From contig CAVSQB010000003.1 of the NCBI GenBank assembly GCA_963729895.1, positions 32,001 through 96,000 on the forward strand: a stretch of DNA of 64,000 nt, given 5' to 3'. Within the stretch, counting starts at the first letter, position 1; each line of letters begins with the position of its first letter. The stretch comes from an uncultured Fibrobacterota bacterium. GTDB taxonomy: Bacteria; Fibrobacterota; Chitinivibrionia; Chitinivibrionales; FEN-1185. The position numbers and the translations under genes were made by a program. The notes beneath the pieces were generated by a model that worked only from the letters and a program-made list of their open reading frames with translations, was not told the DNA's origin and did not search any database. Positions 29,264-39,202 of the stretch are shown in pieces.

Positions 29264-30920
29264 TCTTCAGCATTTCCTCCGCATGCTTCTTCGCAATCGC
29301 CGAGTCCCCGCCCAGCATCCTCGCGACCTCGGCGATCCGTTCTTGTTGTGTCAATATTCTCACCTGCGTGGTGGTCCGCCCTCCCTGCGCCTCCTTGTAC
29401 ACGTGGTAGTGGTGATCGGCCATTGAGGCGATCTGGTGCAGGTGGGATATGCAGAGAAGCTGGTGCGTGGAGGCCAGCGCGGCGAGGGCCTTGCCCACCT
29501 CCTTGGCAAGCATGCCGCCGATGCCGGAGTCGATCTCGTCGAACACAAGGATGGGAATGCGGTCGTGCGCGGCCAGCACGGTCTTTATCGCCAGCATGAG
29601 GCGGGAGATTTCGCCGCCCGAGGCGATCTTGACCAGCGGGAGACGCGGCTCGCCGGGGTTGGTGCGAACCAGAAATTGCGCGTCCTCCAGCCCTGTTGCC
29701 TGAGGGGAATCGTAAGGAACAAACTGCGTTTCCCATTCCCCTCCTCGAAACCCAAGCTTCGCCATCTGAGCGGCAATTGCCCTGTCGAAAGCGGCAGCCT
29801 GCTTCTTTCGCGCGCCGCTTAGTGCTGTGCCCGCTTTCATGCATTCCTCTCGCGCCGCAGTTTCTCGTTTTTCAAGCATTTCCCTGTCGGCCTCGATAGT
29901 GACAAGAGCATCGATGTCGGCCTTGAGTTCCTGTTCCTTCGCAAGCAGGCCTTCAAAAGTGCAGCCGTATTTCTTCTTTAGCCGCTGCAGTTTTGCGAGC
30001 CGGGCGTTGATGGCGTCGAGCTGCGAGGGATCGACTGCGGCCCCCGATCTTTCGAGATAGGCGCCGCAAAACGCTTCGAGCGCGGAAAACACCGATGCCG
30101 GCGCCTGCAGATCGGACAGCCACGGCAGTGCCGTTGCATCGTACCGGCCGAGCGTTTCCAGGTTCTTCCTGATCACGCCGATCTGTCGGCTGGGGGACGT
30201 TTCTTCGCCCGTAAGCATTTCATTGATTTTGGAGATACATTCGATCCGCTGGGCGGCGGACGACAGCAATCTCAACTCTTCCTCGAGCCTGTCTTCCAGC
30301 CCGGCCGACAGGCCGAGCCCCACCAGCTCGTTGTGGGCGAATTCGATGACCTCCCTGCGGGCGGCAAGCTCTGCGGCCCTGGTGTCGTGTGCGGCAAGTG
30401 CGTCGCGGGCCGTGACAAACGCGGCGTACCGCAGGCCGTAGTCGCGTGCCGGTCCGGTCACACCGGGCAAGCTGTCCACGGTGCGCCGCGCATTTTCCTG
30501 GTCGAGCAGCGACTGGTGTTCGTGCTGGCCGTGAAAATCGACAAGGTTGTCTCCCACACTCTTGAGCACCGACAGCGGAAGGGGCGCCTGGTTGATATAT
30601 GCGCGATTCTTGCCACTGCGGGAGATGACCCTGCGCACGATGCACTCGCCGCCTTTCACCGTAACGGCGTTGCGGGCAAACAGGTCTGCAAGCGGTTCCC
30701 GCATCGCGGTAAGTTCGAATACCCCGCTCACCTCCGCCTCGTCGCTGCCGCTGCGGACCTGCTCGCTTGAGGCGCGCTCGCCCAGGAGCAACCCGATGGC
30801 GCCCACGAGGATCGATTTCCCCGCTCCGGTCTCACCCGTGAATACCGAAAAACCGTCCGAGAATTCCACCTGGACGTCCTCGATGAGGGCGAGGTTTCGG
30901 ATATGCAGTTCCCGGATCAT
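29247..30920 (-). CDS. recN: DNA repair protein RecN
   Basis: TGETGAGKS, HGQHEHQ, ASGGEISR, VFDEID, ISHLHQIA. Confidence 0.96.
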   Translation of the reverse strand: MIRELHIRNLALIEDVQVEFSDGFSVFTGETGAGKSILVGAIGLLLGERASSEQVRSGSDEAEVSGVFELTAMREPLADLFARNAVTVKGGECIVRRVISRSGKNRAYINQAPLPLSVLKSVGDNLVDFHGQHEHQSLLDQENARRTVDSLPGVTGPARDYGLRYAAFVTARDALAAHDTRAAELAARREVIEFAHNELVGLGLSAGLEDRLEEELRLLSSAAQRIECISKINEMLTGEETSPSRQIGVIRKNLETLGRYDATALPWLSDLQAPASVFSALEAFCGAYLERSGAAVDPSQLDAINARLAKLQRLKKKYGCTFEGLLAKEQELKADIDALVTIEADREMLEKRETAAREECMKAGTALSGARKKQAAAFDRAIAAQMAKLGFRGGEWETQFVPYDSPQATGLEDAQFLVRTNPGEPRLPLVKIASGGEISRLMLAIKTVLAAHDRIPILVFDEIDSGIGGMLAKEVGKALAALASTHQLLCISHLHQIASMADHHYHVYKEAQGGRTTTQVRILTQQERIAEVARMLGGDSAIAKKHAEEMLKRKAEG

Positions 30921-31810
30921 TCCTCGTGGCTTTCGCTCTTGTGGTCTTTGCCCCAGCCCAGTTTGGAGCGCATCAGGTCGAAATGCGACCGCTGGGACAG
31001 TTGCACCAGGTTTGTCTGGTCGCCGCCGTAGGCGACAAGAAGTTCATCCCCGGTCTTGAGCCGCATGGTATCGATCCCGTCGGCGCTGAGGACCACCTCT
31101 GCATTCTCCTGGCTCACCAGAAGCCGCACCTGCTTGTCGCACGGGAGGATGAGCGGGCGTTCGGTAAGGGAATGCGGGCAAATGGGTGTGAGCAGGAACG
31201 CCTTTACAGACGGGTCTACAATCGGCCCGCCAGCGGCGAGCGAATATGCGGTTGACCCGCTGGGCGTGGCAACGATAAGGCCGTCCGCGACGAACTCGGA
31301 AATGTACTGGCCGCCGCACCACGCACGCACCGACATGAGCTTCGGCTTGTCGCACCTGTTAATAAATACGTCGTTGAGGGCCCGCATGGCCTTCAATTCG
31401 ACGCCGTCCCGTATCACCCTGGCTTCCAGAAGCATGCGCGCGGTCGTCCTGAAGTCGCCTTGTGCAATTCTGTCGAGGTCCGCCTCAAGGGTTTCCAGCC
31501 CGATATCGGTGAGGAATCCCAGGCCGCCCGTGTTCACGCCGATAACCGGTTTGCCCGAAAAACCCGACAGATGCACCGTGGACAGAAACGTGCCGTCCCC
31601 TCCCACCGACACGAGTGCGTCGCTTTTGACAATAAGCTCAGCCTCGGTGGAGCAGACATGCGCGGTACGTCGGACAGGGGACGCGAGCACCGGATGAAAA
31701 AACACGGGCAAACCGCTCCGCTCCGACCAAGCGAGAATCCGGTTGAGTGCGAAATCAACTTTCTGTGATTTCTTAAAGGCAATAATGCCGAAGGAGGTGA
31801 TGGGTTTCAT
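30917..31810 (-). CDS. nadK: NAD kinase
   Basis: GGDGTFL, GLGFL, ALND, DGLIVATPSGSTAYSLAAGGP. Confidence 0.95.
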   Translation of the reverse strand: MKPITSFGIIAFKKSQKVDFALNRILAWSERSGLPVFFHPVLASPVRRTAHVCSTEAELIVKSDALVSVGGDGTFLSTVHLSGFSGKPVIGVNTGGLGFLTDIGLETLEADLDRIAQGDFRTTARMLLEARVIRDGVELKAMRALNDVFINRCDKPKLMSVRAWCGGQYISEFVADGLIVATPSGSTAYSLAAGGPIVDPSVKAFLLTPICPHSLTERPLILPCDKQVRLLVSQENAEVVLSADGIDTMRLKTGDELLVAYGGDQTNLVQLSQRSHFDLMRSKLGWGKDHKSESHEE

Positions 31811-31898
31811 AGAGACTGTCCTGAGTTGTTCTTGAAATCAAGGACACTTTCCCAAACGGAGAAATTTGCGTCAACTCTTGGATCTTGTCAAAATATAA

Positions 31899-32799
31899 GG
31901 TGATTATAAAACATCTTGCACAGGAATTATCTTGTGCATATGGGCTTTAGTCAATTAGAAACCTTTGAATTCATAGGGAAAACTGAAAACAGGGCAAAAT
32001 TGTTCCTCAGAAAGTTCTGTTGGAAAAATGGCCATGTTTTCTGCATCAATTGTAACAGCCATAAAATCTATCGTTTAAAAGGTAAAAAGTTCAGGTGCAA
32101 ACGATGCGGAAATACCTTTCATGACTTCTCGAATCGGTGGATTGGTCAGTGCCGCGTCCCTCTGAAAAAGCTGCTGTGGATCATTAAGCTCTTTGAACTG
32201 GAAGTCTCAGCACGCAGGATAGCAACTCAGATCGGTTTGAGCTATCCCACGGTCTTGCGGATGTGTAATCTCATCCGAAGGGCCTTGATGGTCGCTGAAA
32301 GCGATTTCTGGCTCTCTGGAGAGGTTGAGCTCGATGAATCCTACTTCGGCGGCAGGCGTAAAGGTAAACGTGGCCGGGGTGCTGCCGGAAAGGTTCCCGT
32401 CTTTGGTATCCTGGAGAGACACGGAAAAGTGAAGGTGACAGTAGTAAAAAACGTCACTGCCGAAAGCCTGTTGACTGAGACTGTGAAAATGGTCAGACGA
32501 GGCTCCATCATTTACACTGACAAATTCCGCGGCTATGACGCCCTGATGTTCTGCGGTTATCGGCATTTGAGAGTCGACCATGGGAAAAGATTTGCCACAG
32601 GCAAAGTTTATATTAACGGTTTGGAAGGCTTCTGGAGCTATGCTAAGGAACGTCTTGCAAAGTTCCATGGAGTCTCCAAAGAATACTTTCCAGGGTATCT
32701 GAACGAAATGGCTTTTCGGTACAATCATCGTCATGAAAATTTCTTTGAAAAACTTGTCAAAATGATCACTAATTTGGTGCAAGATCCTTTATAATTACC
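31899..32799 (+). mobile_element. IS1595-family insertion sequence (901 bp)
   Basis: Inverted ends ggtgattataaaacatcttgcac / gtgcaagatcctttataattacc; 8-bp direct repeat AAATATAA at 31891-31898 and 32800-32807; AT-rich. Confidence 0.93.
31940..32794 (+). CDS. IS1595-family transposase
   Basis: CxxC...CxxC zinc finger, HTH, ELDESYFGG, YTDKFRGY, INGLEGFWS, YLNEMAFRYN. Confidence 0.93.
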   Translation: MGFSQLETFEFIGKTENRAKLFLRKFCWKNGHVFCINCNSHKIYRLKGKKFRCKRCGNTFHDFSNRWIGQCRVPLKKLLWIIKLFELEVSARRIATQIGLSYPTVLRMCNLIRRALMVAESDFWLSGEVELDESYFGGRRKGKRGRGAAGKVPVFGILERHGKVKVTVVKNVTAESLLTETVKMVRRGSIIYTDKFRGYDALMFCGYRHLRVDHGKRFATGKVYINGLEGFWSYAKERLAKFHGVSKEYFPGYLNEMAFRYNHRHENFFEKLVKMITNLVQDPL

Positions 32800-32807
32800 A
32801 AATATAA

Positions 32808-34154
32808 TTATTCCCTGAACTCGCATATCGAATTCAACATTTCCCCGAACCTGGGCCAGCGCCGCAGGATCGCCTCATCGTTCACCGTAGTCTTTCCCAT
32901 GCACCTGAGCCCGGCTACCGCAAAACCGGCGGCAAGGTGCGCGGGCAGGTACTCCACAAGATCGAAGCCGTCGAACTGGCGGCTTCCGTCAACAACGATG
33001 CCATCGGGCATTTCGCCGTGCCGCGCGCCAAGGAGCTTGACGCAGGAAACAATCTGCGTGATCCCGTCAGGTTCGTCGTTCCTGAGGTCGGCAAGCCCGC
33101 GAAACACCGATTGCCCTGCGCCGTACGCCGCAAGCACCAGCATGGCGGGCAGCTGCGGTGCATAGTGAAACAACGGCACGCAGTCGACTTTCCTGCCGCT
33201 GTGGCCGAACTTCGTGAGCGTCACGGTCCCGCACGAGCCAAACGAGGTGGCGGCCGTTTCCTGCATGGCTACAACGCCGCCCATTTTCCTGAACAGCGAC
33301 AGCGTGGCCGTGTTCCACGACTCCAGCCCCGCGTTTTCGATGATGAGGCTTCCCTTGGGAACTATGCATTTTGCCACGGCGATAATCGCGCAGAGCACGT
33401 CGTCGCCCGGCACTTGGATTTCCGGCCGCACGTCGTGCCGTTTGGAAAAATCAGCGGCAACGGTAAAGAGGAGGGGCTGGTCCGATTTCTTCCCGATCTG
33501 CAGGAAGCGCATCCTTCTCACCAGGGGGTCTTCGTTCTTGTCGTGCAGGTTGTTGGTAACCGAGATCTGGTACCCGAACGATGCCAGGCCGTGACGCACG
33601 GGACTGGCAAACACCGTATCGGTGGTGAGCGACATTTGCTTGCCGAGACCGAGGGCGAGTCCCAGAATCGGGTGCACCTCCTCGATAGGCCTCACCGCAT
33701 CCCGCACCCGGAAGTTTTCTCCTCCGGAGAGCGAAAGAGACGTCTTTCCTTTGACGTCTCCGGTGTGCAGGCTGCAACCGAGATCGGCCGCCAGCTTTGT
33801 CCATACTTCAAGCCGTGCCCTTGGCAGCGGATCCATGAGCATGATCTTGCCGAGCCCCAGCAGCGCAAATACGACGAAATCGCGGTACGGAATTTCTTCG
33901 TACGGGAGTGTGATGACCGGCGCACCGGGGTCATTCGCGGGCTCCACGGTGCAGCTTTCGGCGCTGCAGGCGAAAACCGCGTGTCCGGCGAGGATTTTTT
34001 CCCACCAGGACACGAGCGGAATATCGCGACACGGAGAAATCCTCGCCGGTGCTTTCGCGGCAAGCGCCATAACGATGCTCAGAAAGAACAAATCGCCCGA
34101 CGGCGGAAGCCGCACCGATCCCTTGATCTCCTTTGCCGGTCTTATTTCCAACAC
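32808..34154 (-). CDS. AroA (EPSP synthase)-fold protein with degenerate catalytic motifs
   Basis: IKGSVRLPP, VPGD, FRKMGG, LAAYGAGQSVFRGLADLR, KTTVND...WPRF outline; directly downstream of tyrA. Confidence 0.7.
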   Translation of the reverse strand: MLEIRPAKEIKGSVRLPPSGDLFFLSIVMALAAKAPARISPCRDIPLVSWWEKILAGHAVFACSAESCTVEPANDPGAPVITLPYEEIPYRDFVVFALLGLGKIMLMDPLPRARLEVWTKLAADLGCSLHTGDVKGKTSLSLSGGENFRVRDAVRPIEEVHPILGLALGLGKQMSLTTDTVFASPVRHGLASFGYQISVTNNLHDKNEDPLVRRMRFLQIGKKSDQPLLFTVAADFSKRHDVRPEIQVPGDDVLCAIIAVAKCIVPKGSLIIENAGLESWNTATLSLFRKMGGVVAMQETAATSFGSCGTVTLTKFGHSGRKVDCVPLFHYAPQLPAMLVLAAYGAGQSVFRGLADLRNDEPDGITQIVSCVKLLGARHGEMPDGIVVDGSRQFDGFDLVEYLPAHLAAGFAVAGLRCMGKTTVNDEAILRRWPRFGEMLNSICEFRE

Positions 34155-34155
34155 G

Positions 34156-35280
34156 CTATTCCCTTTCCCACGCTGAAATGCCCAGGTTCTTGAAGATCCC
34201 CGCCGCCTGCCGCGCAACGCTCCGCGTTTCGAATGCAAGCCTGATCGTGCCTGCTTCGTTTTCGCGCACCTTGAGCACTTCGATGTCCTTGATGTTGATG
34301 TTTTCCTTTGCGCATGCGTTCGCCAGGAGCGCGATCATGCCGGGTTGGTCCTTTACAATAACAAACACCTCGCTGAGCGCGCCGATAAACCCCTTGGTGG
34401 AACCGGGGATCTTCGCCCGCGTATCGGCCGCTGTTCTGAACGCGTCGTGGAGCCCGTCGCGTAACAGCTGCTCCTTAATGCCGGTCAGCGCCGAGATAAA
34501 ATCGTCGATGAGCGGTGCGATGCGCGTCTTGTTCGTCGACAGGATGTCGTGCCACATTGCATAGGGGGACGATGCGATGCGCGTCATGTCGCGGAACCCG
34601 CCCGCAGCGAGCGACAGGGTGCCGGGCACGCGGCCGTCCATCAGCGCCGCGGTATTGACAAGAGCAACGGCGACAAGATGCGGCAGGTGGCTCACCGCCG
34701 CTGCGACGGCGTCGTGGGTGTCCGGAGCGAGCACCACGTGCCTGCAGCCGAGGTTTTCATCCAGAAATGCTCCAAACCCGTCTACCGTGGTCCCGGGCAC
34801 GGCATTGCCCGGCGTCAAGACGTAGATCGCGTTCTGGAACAGGTAGGGATCCGACGACGACGGACCGCGTTTTTCCGATCCCGCCATGGGATGGCCGCCG
34901 ATGAAATAAACGTGCGAGGGCAGGCATCGACCGGCGGCTGCGACAATTTCGCTCTTGGTGCTGCCGACGTCGGTAATAATGCAGCCGGAAGGCAGGTTGA
35001 GCGTTCCCAACCTCCGGATGACGGAGATGATGGCATGGATGGGCGAGCACAAAAACAGGCACTCCGCAGACCTCGCAACCGTGCCAAGCGAATCGTATCC
35101 GAAGCCTTCGTCGATGCACCCGAGCTCAAGCGCCGTTGCGATGGCCGCGCTTGACGAAAGGCCGGTGATGCGCCCCTTGAATCCCGACGTCTTGAGCGCT
35201 AATCCGATGGAGCCGCCAAGCAGCCCCACGCCGCAGATGGTCACCGTTTTTGGTGTAAATGATGCCTGATCGTCTTTCAT
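34156..35280 (-). CDS. tyrA: prephenate dehydrogenase with C-terminal ACT domain
   Basis: GVGLLGGS, TDVGSTK, GGHPMAGSE, SHLPH, GGFRDMTRIASS. Confidence 0.93.
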   Translation of the reverse strand: MKDDQASFTPKTVTICGVGLLGGSIGLALKTSGFKGRITGLSSSAAIATALELGCIDEGFGYDSLGTVARSAECLFLCSPIHAIISVIRRLGTLNLPSGCIITDVGSTKSEIVAAAGRCLPSHVYFIGGHPMAGSEKRGPSSSDPYLFQNAIYVLTPGNAVPGTTVDGFGAFLDENLGCRHVVLAPDTHDAVAAAVSHLPHLVAVALVNTAALMDGRVPGTLSLAAGGFRDMTRIASSPYAMWHDILSTNKTRIAPLIDDFISALTGIKEQLLRDGLHDAFRTAADTRAKIPGSTKGFIGALSEVFVIVKDQPGMIALLANACAKENINIKDIEVLKVRENEAGTIRLAFETRSVARQAAGIFKNLGISAWERE

Positions 35281-36032
35281 ATACCGGACACGGTCCTGTT
35301 GAGCAAATACAGCACTTCGCCCTCTTTGGTAAGCGGAATTATGGTGTCGCGGTAAAACCGGAGCATAACATCGGGGTCTATCACCTGCCTGATGGTCCGG
35401 TTCACCCCGGCCTGCGCAAAATCGACTTTGTCCCGAATGCGCTCCATGATCCTGTCTTCCACGCCGGGCCGGGTCAGCAGCGCCAGAATCCCGCGCCGGT
35501 CATTATCCTTTATCAATGCACGATACCGCCGGGGGTCCCCGCGGAATTTGCTTTCGGCAACATACAGGGCGCCGTAGTGAATGCGCCGCGCAACGGCCTG
35601 CAGCGCATACACGTCGTGCTCCACGCTCGACCCGTAGTGGCCGTCGTCGCCTTTTCTGCAAATCCGGGGCACGAGGCGGAGGTATGCGGTCAGGATCTTG
35701 TCTGCAACGCTGACCGCATTGATGTCTTCTATGCACAACCCGGTCGGCGGAAGCGACACTTTCCGCCTCGGCTTTGGCAGCCCTTTGCAGAACGGACGCT
35801 CCTCGGCAACACAGAACCTGCCAAAACGGGCATCCATTTCCTCCTGGTACCGGAGCCTGAGCGAAAAAAGGCTCTGCCGCTCCGCTCCTGTGAATCCGCT
35901 TGAACCGGGCCGGTAGGCCGGAGGATTGCGGCGGAATTGCGCCCTGTCAATGAGCTTGAAGATGATTGTCTCTTCAAGGCCTTCAAGGAGCGTGGTAATT
36001 TGTGCGAGGTCGAAGTTGCCGGCGCCGGTCAT
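35277..36032 (-). CDS. chorismate mutase, ARO7/eukaryote-like AroQ type
   Basis: LEETIIFKLIDRAQF, EERPF, YGSS..HDV.ALQAVARRIHYG.YVAESKF, IIPLTKEGEVLYL. Confidence 0.85.
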   Translation of the reverse strand: MTGAGNFDLAQITTLLEGLEETIIFKLIDRAQFRRNPPAYRPGSSGFTGAERQSLFSLRLRYQEEMDARFGRFCVAEERPFCKGLPKPRRKVSLPPTGLCIEDINAVSVADKILTAYLRLVPRICRKGDDGHYGSSVEHDVYALQAVARRIHYGALYVAESKFRGDPRRYRALIKDNDRRGILALLTRPGVEDRIMERIRDKVDFAQAGVNRTIRQVIDPDVMLRFYRDTIIPLTKEGEVLYLLNRTVSGI

Positions 36033-36186
36033 GTTTCAATCCGGGTTTTATGTGGAGCAAACGTAAACACGTAATATAAATCTTTGCTGTTTGCCCCGGG
36101 CGGCCAATGCGTACGGTTTTCCCCACATTTATTATATTCTCTTCGTCATCTTATTCACCTCCCACGTGATCTCCCCCGGAGGCCGC

Positions 36187-36762
36187 ATGAAAATCGTCCT
36201 CATCGTATTTGCGCTCAGCCTCGCAATCGGCATAGGCGTTTTGTGGAACTTCGGCGCGTTTGCAAACGTGGCCATAGCGGAGAAAACCGTGCCCCGCATG
36301 ACAATCGTGTATGCCGTGCACACCGGCCCCTACAGGAAGATCCGGCAGGTAATCGACACGGTATACATGAACCTTCTGGCAAAAGAGAAGATCGGCGCTG
36401 CCCGCGGCTTCGGCCTGTATTACGACAATCCGCGCGAGGCGCCCGGGGAAAGGCTGCGCAGCCTGGGCGGATGCATCCTGGATGCGCCTGATGAATACAA
36501 GGCGGATTCGCTTCGCAGCAAGGGATATAAGGTGGCGGTGCTGCCGCAGTCAAGGGCCGTGTACGCGGAATTTCCGCTCAAAGGCCAGCTGTCCGTCCTG
36601 TTCGGCGTGTTCAAAACCTATCAAAAAATGACAAAATACCTGCATGAAAAGAAAATTCCCTCCAGGCCCTTCATGGAGATCTACAATCCGGCCCTGAAAA
36701 AAATAGAATATATGACGGAGTATGATGTTCCCATGGCAACCTACCTCGAAATGCTGAAATAG
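36187..36762 (+). CDS. GyrI-like domain protein with N-terminal membrane anchor
   Basis: HTGPY, FGLYYDNP...LRSLGGCI, MEIY. Confidence 0.75.
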   Translation: MKIVLIVFALSLAIGIGVLWNFGAFANVAIAEKTVPRMTIVYAVHTGPYRKIRQVIDTVYMNLLAKEKIGAARGFGLYYDNPREAPGERLRSLGGCILDAPDEYKADSLRSKGYKVAVLPQSRAVYAEFPLKGQLSVLFGVFKTYQKMTKYLHEKKIPSRPFMEIYNPALKKIEYMTEYDVPMATYLEMLK

Positions 36763-36865
36763 CAGGGTGCCGCATTTTTCAAACGTTCTCCTTTTTGAGC
36801 GAAATAGTATATTTAATCGGAAACCGTAACCTGTTGGTGGCATATATATGAAGGAGCCAAGAGTC

Positions 36866-37627
36866 ATGAGGAAAACGTTCGCAACACTTTCGGTGATGGC
36901 CATGTTGCTCGTTGTTCCGGCGGCGTGCAAGAGCGGACCGATGATCTCGGTTGACTCCGAAGAGGTCAACCTCGGCACGATCAAGCAGGGGTCAAAGCCG
37001 TCGGCAAAGTACGTGTTCAAGGTAAAGAACACCGGCGACAGCGTGCTTGTCATCAGAGACGTGAGGCCCGGCTGAGGGTGCACCGTGGTGGGTTTTGATA
37101 CCACCATCCTTCCCGGTCGGGAAGGCTCAATAACACCGGAAGTCAACCTGTCGAAAGCGCACGGCGGCACGTTCAGCAAATGCGTGACCGTCACGTCGAA
37201 CGCAAAGAACAAGCCGGAGATGCACTTGTGCGTCAAGATGACGCTCAAAGTGCCGCTCGCCGCAAGCCCGGAATACATCCAGATGAAGCGGGGAAAGTCC
37301 GGCGCGTTCGAAGTTGAATTCACGCTGACCACCGACAAGCCCGACCTCGCCATCAAAGAGGTCACCTTCAAGGCGTCGTCCCAGGGAACCGGGGCGGGCC
37401 AGGCCGCGTGGATGGCCTCGCTACCCGACCACCTGATGTTCTTATTGACAAAACCGGACAAACCGACGGCCGACGGATCGTGGGATTACAAGCTCAAATT
37501 GACCGGGGACGTGGGCGACCTCAAAGAAAACAAGTTCGGCGAATTCGTCATCACCACCAATCATCCGGACGTGCCCGAACTCAAATTGAACGGCCTCATC
37601 GACGTGAGCCCCGAACCCAAGAAGTAA
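36866..37627 (+). CDS. DUF1573-type Ig-like lipoprotein, probable selenoprotein (UGA at 37073-37075, codon 70)
   Basis: Track ORFs 36848-37075 and 37085-37627 are in one frame; joined reading VNLGTIKQG...FKVKNTGDSVLVIRDVRPG-U-GCT...ILPGREG matches the family V.xSCGCT motif; lipobox PAAC; AAGGAG RBS. Confidence 0.8.
37085..37125 (+). promoter_or_regulatory. candidate bacterial SECIS element
   Basis: Hairpins GTGGTGG-gttttgata-CCACCAT (37085-37107) and CCTTCCC-ggtc-GGGAAGG (37108-37125) just 3' of the in-frame TGA. Confidence 0.55.
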
Positions 37628-37650
37628 GATCGTCGCATGCCATTGTTTTG

Positions 37651-37685
37651 AGCCGGGCTTTGAGTATCAAGGCCCGGCTTTTTTT
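37651..37685 (+). terminator. rho-independent terminator
   Basis: agccgggctttga-gta-tcaaggcccggct followed by a T-run. Confidence 0.8.
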
Positions 37686-37719
37686 GCGAACCGATTGAGG
37701 GAACTTTGGGGAGCAGATC

Positions 37720-38655
37720 ATGAAATACAACCATATCTTCGGCCCCGTTCCCTCCCGGCGTCTGGGGTTGTCGCTGGGCGTGGACATGGTGCCTGCCAAG
37801 GTGTGCACCCTCAATTGCGTGTATTGCGAATGCGGAAACACCACCGTGCTTACCGCCGAGCGCAGGGAATGGGCGCCGGCGCAGGCCATCATTGCCGAGC
37901 TTTCCCATTTTCTCGGGTCCTCTCCCGTCCTTGACGTCGTCACAATAACCGGCTCAGGCGAGCCCACGCTCAACACGGGGCTCCCTGACGTGATAACGTT
38001 TCTCAAACAGGCGTTTCCGCGTTACGCAACGGCGCTCCTCACCAACGGCACCCTGCTGCACATCGACGAGGTGAAAAACGCCGCTCTCGCGTTCGACTAC
38101 GTGCTGCCGTCACTTGACGCGGTTTCGGGCGACGTATTCTTTAAAGTGAACAGGCCGCACTCCTCTCTCGACAACCGGCGCATCATCGAGGGAATCGCGC
38201 GGTTCGCCCGCGAGTTCAAAGGCCGGCTCTGGCTCGAGGTGTTTATCGTCCCCGGCGTCAACGATGCTCCGGACGAGCTCGCCCGCATCAAAGAAGCGGC
38301 CCTGTCAATTGCGCCGGACCGCCTCCAGATCAACACGCTCGACCGGCCCGGCGCAAGCACGTCGGTGCGGCCTGCCGCGCACGGCGACCTTATTGACATA
38401 GCGGACTTCCTCAGCCCATTGCCGGTTGAAATCATATCGCGCGGATACGCGGGCCGGCCGGCCGGCTCCGGCGGCGATGCACTGGAATCCGCGATCCTTT
38501 CTACGGTCCGCCGAAGGCCCTCCACGGTGGAAGACCTGGCGGTCACCACGGGCCGCACCATCAACGACATCTCCGAGGCATTGTCGCCTCTTTGCGCCGA
38601 GGGCTCAGTAGAGACCGAGGTTGTTCAGGGCAGGGTATTTTACAGGATCGGGTGA
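37720..38655 (+). CDS. radical SAM protein with C-terminal HTH-like region
   Basis: FGPVPSRRLGLSLG, CTLNCVYC, GSGEPTL, LTNGTL. Confidence 0.9.
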   Translation: MKYNHIFGPVPSRRLGLSLGVDMVPAKVCTLNCVYCECGNTTVLTAERREWAPAQAIIAELSHFLGSSPVLDVVTITGSGEPTLNTGLPDVITFLKQAFPRYATALLTNGTLLHIDEVKNAALAFDYVLPSLDAVSGDVFFKVNRPHSSLDNRRIIEGIARFAREFKGRLWLEVFIVPGVNDAPDELARIKEAALSIAPDRLQINTLDRPGASTSVRPAAHGDLIDIADFLSPLPVEIISRGYAGRPAGSGGDALESAILSTVRRRPSTVEDLAVTTGRTINDISEALSPLCAEGSVETEVVQGRVFYRIG

Positions 38656-38790
38656 GCGCGGCCCGGGCGAGTTTTTTTCCTTCACATTGCGGTTGACACA
38701 ATTATACAATTAAAGTATCTCGTGCATTGACTTGGTGCGATTTAGTATTTTTGGTGTTGAATGAAAATGTTTGAATCAGGGGGAATACCT

Positions 38791-39183
38791 ATGCGGAAAG
38801 TTCTGGCGGCTGGGGCAGTCCTCTTTTCCTTGATCGGCTGCACCAATAATAATCAGATAACCATCGTTAATGATGCGCAGGAATCAATCATGTTCAATTT
38901 CCGCGCCACCGAATACGATGTGGAAAGCGGCGCATCAGAAACAATAAAGAACGTTCCAAACGGCGTGTATGCCTATAATACTACGTACACCTTACCCGCA
39001 GCAACCACATCCTTTTCTGTTGCGGGCAGTGCCGGCAGCGGTAGCCTGACATTTGACAGAGAACAAACCCACCAGCTTCTCATATATTCTTCCACTCTGA
39101 TAAATGGTGCTTATACCCTCTATGTCAATCAAACGTCAACCGACACTGTAGGCGCGGTGGGGATGATATTCGGACCAAAATAG
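38791..39183 (+). CDS. small hypothetical lipoprotein
   Basis: Lipobox LIGC; beta-rich sequence. Confidence 0.7.
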   Translation: MRKVLAAGAVLFSLIGCTNNNQITIVNDAQESIMFNFRATEYDVESGASETIKNVPNGVYAYNTTYTLPAATTSFSVAGSAGSGSLTFDREQTHQLLIYSSTLINGAYTLYVNQTSTDTVGAVGMIFGPK

Positions 39184-39202
39184 CATTCTCTTCCCCTTCG
39201 CC

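Noticed and set aside
37085..37627. Independent 180-aa gene starting at GTG 37085
   Set aside because: It begins mid-domain, lacks a clear RBS and a signal peptide, and is in frame with the upstream half across the TGA
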